A stretch of 60,685 nucleotides of DNA from an uncultured Erysipelotrichaceae bacterium (GTDB taxonomy: Bacteria; Bacillota_I; Bacilli_A; RFN20; CAG-826): NCBI GenBank assembly GCA_900317165.1, contig ONFU01000001.1:1-60685 (forward strand), in the 5' to 3' direction. Below are positions 53,840 through 60,685 of the stretch, one piece after another. Positions within the stretch are counted from its first letter, which is position 1. The number at the start of each line of letters is the position of its first letter. The notes under the pieces are model-generated. The model did no database searches. It was not told the DNA's origin and saw nothing but the letters and a program-made list of their open reading frames with translations. The position numbers and the translations under genes were made by a program.

Positions 53840-56722
53840 TTAGTCGACTTTCTTCCTGGCTTTGATAACAGGAAGAGCGAAGGAGAGGCCGATCCAAATG
53901 ACGGAGCCACCGATTATGACGCCATCAGCGATATAGATCCAAGCTCTCCAAGGTTTGGTCTTGCGGTTAGCGATGGAGACGCCAACGTCGAGTTGGACCT
54001 CGTCGAGGGACGTATCGTAATGCATCATCGTGTAATGGGTGTTGATGAAGGTCCATAGGACGTTACGAGCGGCCATCTTGGCGCAGTAGACGTTAGTTGG
54101 GTCGTTGATATTGATTGGCGAACCGGAAGTGTTGTTCGGGTTGAGCCAGATATCGTTGCCAGCGCGGATACCACGGGTTGGGTTCATGACGCCGTCACCG
54201 CCGCTCCAGTCGGTAACCATCGTGCCACGGAAGCCCCATTCCTCGCGGAGGATGGAGACGTTTTGGGCATAGCAGGAACCGCACCAGATGGAAGCGATGT
54301 TATTGAAACCGGACATGATAGCCACGGTTTCGCCTTCCTTGACGGAGATTTCAAACGGACGGAGATAGATCTCGCGATAGGCTTGTTCGGTCGTCCAGGT
54401 GTTGACGTTACGTGGGTTGGGTCCTTCTTCTGCCATCGTGAAGTGTTTGACATAGCAATATAGGCCATGGTTCTTCGCGGCGAGGATGACTCCGGCAGCC
54501 ATCTTTCCAGAGAGGACGGGGTCTTCGGAATAATATTCGTAGTTACGTCCGGAATATGGGGAACGATGGATGTTGACGCCAGGAGCATACCATCCGGTTA
54601 GACCGGTGACACGGGCTTCCGCGGCCACCGCGGTACCCATTTGTCTAGCAAGGTCCTTATCGAAGGATTGACCAATGAGGACTTCGGCTGGGAAAGCGGT
54701 CCATTTACCGTTATCGAAGCCAAGCTTCTTGGTGTTTTGGTTGAATCCGGCAGGACCATCGAAATCAAAGCATTCGGGTTTACCGACCGATTCGATCGCG
54801 GGGGTGCCGAAGCCAGAAAGCTCAACGGTCGCCTTGATTTCGTCACGGCTCATCTGATTGACGAGCTTGGTGAGGTTTTCGGAATCGTAGTTATCACCGA
54901 TGGAATCGATGAGGGCTTCGTCGAATTTGCCATCCTTGACGATGCGGAGGTTGCTTTCGACTCCGGTTACGGGCATCTCGGTCTGATCGTAGGAAGTGTT
55001 GGTATAGGTCGAAGCCGAGGAAGCTGTGTTATTGGAGGCGCCAGCCGCATGGAGGGCGTTAAGGGTCGCTCCGAAATCGGAACGGGAAAGATATGATGGG
55101 GCGGTATTCAAACCGGTAGAACCGTCTAGTGGGATTCCACCATAGGCATCTGCTCCGGTGAAGTGGTTCTTGACTTCAACTCCGGTCTCGGGGTCGACGT
55201 CGATTAACTGGTCTTCGTCGAAGGAGAATTTGACCTCAGCCGGGGCATTATCGGCAAGGGTCATAAGGGTATGGGCATCCTTATTGAAGGAAATGCTGTA
55301 ATTGCCTTCTTCTAGCTCGTAGCCCTTGAAGCCGTTTCCATTCGCGTCATAGCAATCGTAGGAAGCGAGGTCATAGAGCTTGAAGGTGCAGGTCAAGCCG
55401 CGTTGGGTCTGACCGGCTGGGAGAACGGCGGTCTTGCAGAAATCAAGGAGCTGGGTCGATGGCTTTTCGATGCTATCGACATAATATGGGGCATGTCCAT
55501 AGACCTGCATGACGTCCGCGCCTTCGAAGTTGCCTTTGTTGGTGCATTCGAAGGTAACGGTGATGTCTTCGGCGGGATCGAGGTCTTTTCTACCCGCGAT
55601 ATCGTTGCCTTTGCTATCCTTGACGGAATCGACCTTCCATTCGAAATCGGTATAGGAGAGTCCATAGCCGAATGGGTATTGGACAACGCCATTATAACCG
55701 GTTCCATAGTCGTTATCGACATCGTCGAAGAAGCCTTCTTCGGCCGCGGTTTCATAATAACGGTAACCGACATAAACGCCTTCGAAATAGCCGATGTTGT
55801 TGTTTCTCGCCTGATAATTGCTGAAGCTTGGGCTACGGAATTGCGAATCATAGACAAAGGTATCGGCCGCGCGTCCGCTTGGGTTGATATCACCAAAGAT
55901 GATACGTGGAATCGCGAGGGCGCCGCTTTGTCCGACTAAGCCAACGTTAAGGCAGGCTCCGACATCGTATTTCTCCAAGAAACCAAGTTCCATGGTGTTG
56001 GAGGAATTGATGATGACGGTGACCTTACCGAAGTTCTCAGTGACCATCTTGACGAGGGCTTCTTCTTCCTGGGAGATCGCTAGATAGGTGCGATCGCTAT
56101 CGAGGCCATAGCCTTTGCGGCGTTGGTTGAGGGGGATTTCACCGACGTTTTCACCGCAGACACGGGAAAGCACGATAACCGCCTGATCGGAGAATTCTTG
56201 GCAGGATTGGATAAGCTCTGGGGTATATAGCTCAGGGCCAGGTTCAATCAAGGTGATACGGGAGGAATCGCCCGTGGAGAATTTTCCTTTGAATGAGGTG
56301 TTATCGTAATCGGTATAGAACTTCGTGAGTTCCTGGTTGGTTTCCCATCCCTCCTTCTCGAAGGCATCGAGAAGGGTAACAGCAGCTTCTTTACGAATGG
56401 TGGATGAACCAGAACCAATGCCGGAGAGGAGGAACCCGTTATCGGTGCTCGCCCAGCCGAAGACATTGACCCTGTAATCATCATATGGGAGGGTTTTGTT
56501 CTCATTGCGCAAGAGGGCGATGCCGCCTTCTGCAAGTTTTTGGCAAAGTTCGTCACTCGCGGCGGAGGCCTTTTTGAAGTCTTCCGATTCAAAGGAGAAA
56601 TCCGTTTCATCGAAGAAGTCATCGATGATACCGCCGAGATTATGGGTGACGACCGTAGCCGTGATCATCGCCGCGGAGAGAACGCCGCCGACAATAATCG
56701 AAATAATCTGACTCTTTTTCAT
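53840..56722 (-). CDS. GH3 beta-glucosidase/exo-glucanase with permuted domain order and TM anchors at both the N- and C-terminus
   Basis: GH3 C-domain motifs lie near the N-terminus (LLRNENKTLP, INPSGRAADTF). GH3 catalytic-domain motifs lie near the C-terminus (KHFTM, GFRGTMVTDW). Hydrophobic spans are present at both ends. Confidence 0.88.
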   Translation of the reverse strand: MKKSQIISIIVGGVLSAAMITATVVTHNLGGIIDDFFDETDFSFESEDFKKASAASDELCQKLAEGGIALLRNENKTLPYDDYRVNVFGWASTDNGFLLSGIGSGSSTIRKEAAVTLLDAFEKEGWETNQELTKFYTDYDNTSFKGKFSTGDSSRITLIEPGPELYTPELIQSCQEFSDQAVIVLSRVCGENVGEIPLNQRRKGYGLDSDRTYLAISQEEEALVKMVTENFGKVTVIINSSNTMELGFLEKYDVGACLNVGLVGQSGALAIPRIIFGDINPSGRAADTFVYDSQFRSPSFSNYQARNNNIGYFEGVYVGYRYYETAAEEGFFDDVDNDYGTGYNGVVQYPFGYGLSYTDFEWKVDSVKDSKGNDIAGRKDLDPAEDITVTFECTNKGNFEGADVMQVYGHAPYYVDSIEKPSTQLLDFCKTAVLPAGQTQRGLTCTFKLYDLASYDCYDANGNGFKGYELEEGNYSISFNKDAHTLMTLADNAPAEVKFSFDEDQLIDVDPETGVEVKNHFTGADAYGGIPLDGSTGLNTAPSYLSRSDFGATLNALHAAGASNNTASSASTYTNTSYDQTEMPVTGVESNLRIVKDGKFDEALIDSIGDNYDSENLTKLVNQMSRDEIKATVELSGFGTPAIESVGKPECFDFDGPAGFNQNTKKLGFDNGKWTAFPAEVLIGQSFDKDLARQMGTAVAAEARVTGLTGWYAPGVNIHRSPYSGRNYEYYSEDPVLSGKMAAGVILAAKNHGLYCYVKHFTMAEEGPNPRNVNTWTTEQAYREIYLRPFEISVKEGETVAIMSGFNNIASIWCGSCYAQNVSILREEWGFRGTMVTDWSGGDGVMNPTRGIRAGNDIWLNPNNTSGSPININDPTNVYCAKMAARNVLWTFINTHYTMMHYDTSLDEVQLDVGVSIANRKTKPWRAWIYIADGVIIGGSVIWIGLSFALPVIKARKKVD

Positions 56723-56748
56723 ATCGTCGTCCTTTCTTTAAACCATTT

Positions 56749-56772
56749 GCTAGGCGGGGTGGCCCGCCTAGC
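56749..56772 (-). other. Perfect 10-bp GC-rich hairpin with a 4-nt loop and no U-tract, between the lipoprotein and GH3 genes
   Basis: gctaggcggg-gtgg-cccgcctagc. Confidence 0.6.
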
Positions 56773-56786
56773 AAAAGTTAAATTGA

Positions 56787-58757
56787 TTAGTTGGATGGGG
56801 TGAAGGTAACAAGGGCCAAGCCGTTGCGCCAGCCTTCGTTCTCTCCGGTATAGCCTTCGCCAATGGAGAGAACGTATTTCCCGCCAGTGACTTCGACAGT
56901 TGCTAGTTCCATATCCTTTGGAGCGTAGATATTTGGACGATATCCGCTGCCACCGACTGGACCAAGGTGGAAATAATATGGCTCGCCAGCGGTCAATTTG
57001 CCGGTGAGGTCAAGACTGAGGTCGAATTTGCCAGAGGTCGCTCCTTCACTAGATGGGGTGACCACGAGGACGGTATCCGCGCCTTCGTTGGAGACATCGA
57101 TGCCGGAAGATAGATCCATGCAGTCCATGAAGTATTCTTCGCTGGTCTTGTTGGAGATGCCGGAATAGATTCCGCCGACATGGAAGACGGCCTTGTTATC
57201 GTCTTTGGTGAGGCTAACACTATCCATGATGACATAATCGCCACCAAGATAATGGATACCAAGGAGGCCATTGCGCCATCCATCGGCATCGCCGGAATAA
57301 CCGCTGACTTTGAAGAGGGAAGCGACTCCGCCGGTAGGATCGACGACTTCCATCGCATCGTCATCGCTCATCCAAGCGAGGTTGGACCTAAAGTTATCCG
57401 CTTTGACTGGACCATAGTGGACCATGTAGTCATTGGTGGCATCAAGTCTGCCGGTGAGGTCGATTGTTTGGGTAACGGTGCCGACCTTCGTGGTTTCGTC
57501 GGGAGCCCCGAGATTCAAGACGGCTGGGTTATCCTCTGGTTTGCTGACGCTGATCCAGCTTCCGAATTGCTCAATATCGACATAGAAGATGTCTTTTTCG
57601 ATATCGGCTTCGGAATAACCGCGATATGTGCCGGTAAGGACAAAGAGGAGTTTCTCGTCTTTGACTTCCAATTTAGCGTGTGAATAGGTAAGGAAGGCGG
57701 CTTGGGTATCGAAGACCGTCAAACCGATGCAGCCCCAGAATTTGCTGCCATCATTCCCAATGCCGACATTAAGGGAAAGTTTATAGGTCTTGGTACCATC
57801 GACGACGGATTTGCCATCGTGCTCGGTGGTTTGGGTCAATTTGAGGTCGCTTGCATGTCCTGCGTCAGTGCCTTCGGTCCTTGGCAAACCGAAGTGGAGG
57901 GTATAACCAATACCTTTATCAGGGGCGCCAACAAAGTCGGTGACGTCAACGTCGACCTTGAAGCGGCCGTTGCCGGCATCAAGGAATGTCATCTTGTTAT
58001 TTTCGTATGGGCGTCCCCATCCTTTGCCTCCGATATTATCGTTATATTGGAAGTCGATAAGGTAAGCTTCGTTAGCAGCTTCGGTGAGTTCGGCAGCGTT
58101 AGCGAATCCTTCGAAACTTCCAAGGACGGAGAAGATGATCTTGCCTTCGACTTTGTTGATATCGGCGTCATCGCCTTGGAGGTTACCGACTTTGATATCG
58201 TAGGTCTTGGAGAATCCGCCATAGGTGACGGTGACGGTTTTGGTGCCTACCGTGGATAAATCCGGGGTAGAGACCTCAACGCCGGTCTTGACTTCTTCGC
58301 TAGTTCCACCAGCAAGGGTCGCGCTGACCTTAAGTCCGCTGGAGGAGAAGGTCGTTCCAACGAGGAAGCTCTTCTTGACCGCGGAAGTATCGATTTCGAT
58401 GCCGGTGACGGAAGCGGTTTTGATTTTGATGGTGACGTTGGTAGCTGGCATCGCAAAGCGATATGTGCCAGTGCTCGTCGGCTTTAACGCGGTGTCGTTA
58501 TAGGTGACGGAATCGATAACGGTGTTGCCACTGGTAACGATCTTGAAGGTAATGCGTTGTCCTTCGACCGCGGATCCGTTTTCTGGAAGACCGGTGACGG
58601 TGATGCCTTCTGGAGCATCAACGGTGATCCTGTAGAAAGTGCCTATGGATTCGGAGGTTTCTCCACCACCAGGATTGTTTCCACCACCGCAAGCAGCGAG
58701 CATCGTCATCGCGGAAAGAGCGAAGACGATCGTGGTCATGAGTCTTGTTTTTTTCAT
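56787..58757 (-). CDS. Surface lipoprotein: Ig-like domains plus three ~150-aa modules of an unrecognised family
   Basis: Lipobox LAAC after MKKTRLMTTIVFALSAMTM. A Big_3-like segment (VTGIEIDTSAVKK...VTVTYGGFSKTYDIKV) is followed by modules ending in FWGCIGL, GWRNGLLGIHYL and GWRNGLALVTF. The start is at 58757 (AAAGGA 7 nt upstream). Confidence 0.8.
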   Translation of the reverse strand: MKKTRLMTTIVFALSAMTMLAACGGGNNPGGGETSESIGTFYRITVDAPEGITVTGLPENGSAVEGQRITFKIVTSGNTVIDSVTYNDTALKPTSTGTYRFAMPATNVTIKIKTASVTGIEIDTSAVKKSFLVGTTFSSSGLKVSATLAGGTSEEVKTGVEVSTPDLSTVGTKTVTVTYGGFSKTYDIKVGNLQGDDADINKVEGKIIFSVLGSFEGFANAAELTEAANEAYLIDFQYNDNIGGKGWGRPYENNKMTFLDAGNGRFKVDVDVTDFVGAPDKGIGYTLHFGLPRTEGTDAGHASDLKLTQTTEHDGKSVVDGTKTYKLSLNVGIGNDGSKFWGCIGLTVFDTQAAFLTYSHAKLEVKDEKLLFVLTGTYRGYSEADIEKDIFYVDIEQFGSWISVSKPEDNPAVLNLGAPDETTKVGTVTQTIDLTGRLDATNDYMVHYGPVKADNFRSNLAWMSDDDAMEVVDPTGGVASLFKVSGYSGDADGWRNGLLGIHYLGGDYVIMDSVSLTKDDNKAVFHVGGIYSGISNKTSEEYFMDCMDLSSGIDVSNEGADTVLVVTPSSEGATSGKFDLSLDLTGKLTAGEPYYFHLGPVGGSGYRPNIYAPKDMELATVEVTGGKYVLSIGEGYTGENEGWRNGLALVTFTPSN

Positions 58758-58834
58758 GATTGTATCCTTTCTTAATTGCAATATTTATAACCACACGCAC
58801 GTCATGTGTGCATGTAGGGTCGGATAGAGGATAG

Positions 58835-58864
58835 GGAGGGGCCGAAGGCTAATACGGCCCCTCC
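58835..58864 (-). other. Perfect 10-bp GC-rich hairpin without a U-tract, between paralogous lipoprotein genes
   Basis: ggaggggccg-aaggctaata-cggcccctcc. Confidence 0.6.
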
Positions 58865-58878
58865 GGAAAGGCTAGATG

Positions 58879-60685
58879 TTAGTTGGAGGCCTTCTCGATG
58901 ACGAGCGCGGTGATGGTGACGCCAGCATCCCAACCAGCTGCGACGTGCTTGAGGGAGAAGACTCTGCCTTGATAGCTGACGCTAGAAAGGGACTCATCAG
59001 GGAAGTTGGGCATGTCGTTGGACTTGTTACCACAATGCCAATGGATGATATAGGTGCCATTTTCGATTCCGCTGATATCGCTATCGATTGTCCAATTGTC
59101 TCCGGTAATATATACAGTTGATTCACGAATGGTGGTTTTCCAGCTTCCGCCATTAACCTGAGTGTCATAATAGAACACTTTTCGTCCAGCATCATTTTGA
59201 ATTCCGAATAGGCCAAGATGTGGAATTCCATCATCAAGGCGGACACGGGCGTTTGTGAATGTGGCAGTTGGGTTGTGCTCACCATCGACTCCGATGACTA
59301 AGCCAACGCAACCCCAGAATTTGGAGCCATCATCGCCGCTGCCAGGATAGCAAACGAGGTCATAGGTCGCTCCATCTACAACCATGTTACTGGCAGTGAA
59401 GGATTCCGGTTTGAAGTCAGGGGCCTTGTCGTCTTTAAGATCACCAACACCAAAGTGAAGGGTATATCCACCTAAGCATAGGGAATCGACGTTAAGATAG
59501 AAGGTGGCTACACCATCTTTGATGGCCCATTTGTCACCGAAATCATGGGCGAAAGCGTTAATTCCGGACCAACCATTGGAATAGTTTCCGTTACCTTCGA
59601 AGTCAACGTTCCATTTAAGAGCACGGAAATCCGCTTCGGTGTAATTCTCGAAAGCGACTTTGAATTCAATGGCCGCGGTACCAGTTTCGACTGGGTCTTC
59701 TACGACCTTGATGCTGTCGACACCCCAAACTGGAGCGTTCTCGGTTTCAACCTTAAGGGAAGCGTTGCCCCAGCAATAGATTGGATCCTCATCATGGCCA
59801 ACGTTGTAATCAATGGTATAGGTCGTATCACCGATCTTGACGTTCTTAGAAGCGTCCTCAGCTTTAATCTTGAGGTCCATCTTCTGGAGCTTGCCCTCTT
59901 TGTTTAAAACTAGTTTGTGACCAAAGTGACCGGTGTAATATTCGTCTGGGACTTCGGTGACATCACGGGTGAATGACCAGGTGCCTTCACCCATGGTGAA
60001 TTCGATGTCTTCATTGGCAACTTCGTCCCATGGACCAGCCCAGGTTCCGCCTTTATATCCATTGACTTGGAAATCGGTGCTCCAATCGAAAGATTTGAAT
60101 TCTTCAGCGGATAGGACGCCATAGGTACCGGAAATGGTGACGATGGCTTTGCCTTCGACGTTAGCGATATCAACGGCGGTCGCGGCATATTCACCGACTT
60201 TGACCTTGAAGGAAGCGTCGACGGTGCCATAGGAAACGGTGACATCAACTTCGGCTCCAGCGGTCTTGAAGTCAGCGGCGATGGAGTAATCAGTGGAGGT
60301 TAGAGGAACTTCACTGCCATCGCTAAGGAGAGCTTTGACGCCAAGTCCGGTTGGATCGAAGGCATCACCGACCATGTAAACTTTCTTGACGTTAGCGGTG
60401 TCTAATTCGAGAGCGGAAACGGTCGCGACATCGGAGGATTCGGCTGGTTCAGAAGATTCGGCCGACTCGGAGGACTCGACAGGGGTGGTATCGGTGGATT
60501 CCTCGGCCGGTGCGCCGAGGGTGAGCTCGAGGCCGGTGCCCTCGTAGAAGAACCTGACCTGCTCGCCAAGATATAGACGGTAACCAACGTTCGCGTTGGT
60601 GCCGATCTTGAGGACGTTCTTGCCCTCCTTGATGTTGACCGGGTGGACGAGGTCGAGGTCGCGGTACTCGTCGGTGGAGAGGACG
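58879..60685 (-). CDS. Partial (N-terminus off the window) surface protein paralogous to 56787-58757
   Basis: By hand translation the frame stays open from the ORF-track Met (60375) up to 60685. It has an S/E/T-rich linker, a Big_3-like segment (VSALELDTANVKK...VTVSYGTVDASFKVKV) and three modules including DGSKFWGCVGL. Confidence 0.8.
   Translation of the reverse strand, partial: VLSTDEYRDLDLVHPVNIKEGKNVLKIGTNANVGYRLYLGEQVRFFYEGTGLELTLGAPAEESTDTTPVESSESAESSEPAESSDVATVSALELDTANVKKVYMVGDAFDPTGLGVKALLSDGSEVPLTSTDYSIAADFKTAGAEVDVTVSYGTVDASFKVKVGEYAATAVDIANVEGKAIVTISGTYGVLSAEEFKSFDWSTDFQVNGYKGGTWAGPWDEVANEDIEFTMGEGTWSFTRDVTEVPDEYYTGHFGHKLVLNKEGKLQKMDLKIKAEDASKNVKIGDTTYTIDYNVGHDEDPIYCWGNASLKVETENAPVWGVDSIKVVEDPVETGTAAIEFKVAFENYTEADFRALKWNVDFEGNGNYSNGWSGINAFAHDFGDKWAIKDGVATFYLNVDSLCLGGYTLHFGVGDLKDDKAPDFKPESFTASNMVVDGATYDLVCYPGSGDDGSKFWGCVGLVIGVDGEHNPTATFTNARVRLDDGIPHLGLFGIQNDAGRKVFYYDTQVNGGSWKTTIRESTVYITGDNWTIDSDISGIENGTYIIHWHCGNKSNDMPNFPDESLSSVSYQGRVFSLKHVAAGWDAGVTITALVIEKASN

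Noticed and set aside
58791-58815. Imperfect inverted repeat CACAC-N9-GTGTG overlapping the putative -35 of the 56787-58757 lipoprotein gene
   Set aside because: It has only 5-bp arms with a mismatched interior, which is too weak to call an operator without comparative data.
60421-60685. Jump to about 62% GC at the right edge, considered as a horizontal-transfer or chimeric contig-end signal
   Set aside because: The reading frame is continuous with the downstream paralogue-like sequence. Comparably GC-rich stretches occur in core genes such as recA. Composition alone therefore does not support foreign origin.

Overview
This 60.7-kb window looks like a chromosomal segment from a Bacillota genome, Bacilli- or Mollicutes-like; the exact taxon cannot be determined from the sequence alone. 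Several gene blocks match Bacillus subtilis synteny: cinA-recA-rny-ymdB, miaB/ymcA, gpsB-rnpB, recU..nth-dnaD, der-cmk, soj-spo0J-rsmG-mnmG, sufCDSUB and prsA/hit/yhaM. Positions 1-37 kb form an almost unbroken minus-strand housekeeping block covering translation, tRNA modification, Fe-S assembly, recombination and RNA decay. It includes one ncRNA, a type-B RNase P RNA at about 21112-21448, which the ORF track misreads as protein. Positions 37-60.7 kb are envelope and accessory genes. They comprise two overlapping large lipoproteins (one PrsA-like), a glycolipid GT4 plus a flippase-like protein, and a 1141-aa membrane-anchored protein built from about 15 degenerate tandem repeats. They also include a beta-glucan utilisation cluster: surface lipoproteins, a GH16 lipoprotein and a domain-permuted, doubly anchored GH3. 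An orphan RelB/DinJ antitoxin interrupts that cluster. I found no rRNA, tRNA, CRISPR array, transposase or integrase, and no recognisable defence system. The most notable observations are: (i) the uncharacterised tandem-repeat surface protein; (ii) two paralogous lipoproteins made of triplicated ~150-aa modules of unknown family in the glucan locus; (iii) a MiaB fused to a YmcA/RicA-like domain directly downstream of rny-ymdB; (iv) a ~21-nt element shared by the 5' UTRs of recA and an ABC transporter operon; (v) structured leaders upstream of an edge ORF and of rny. All functional calls rest on motif recognition by eye, since no database search was possible.
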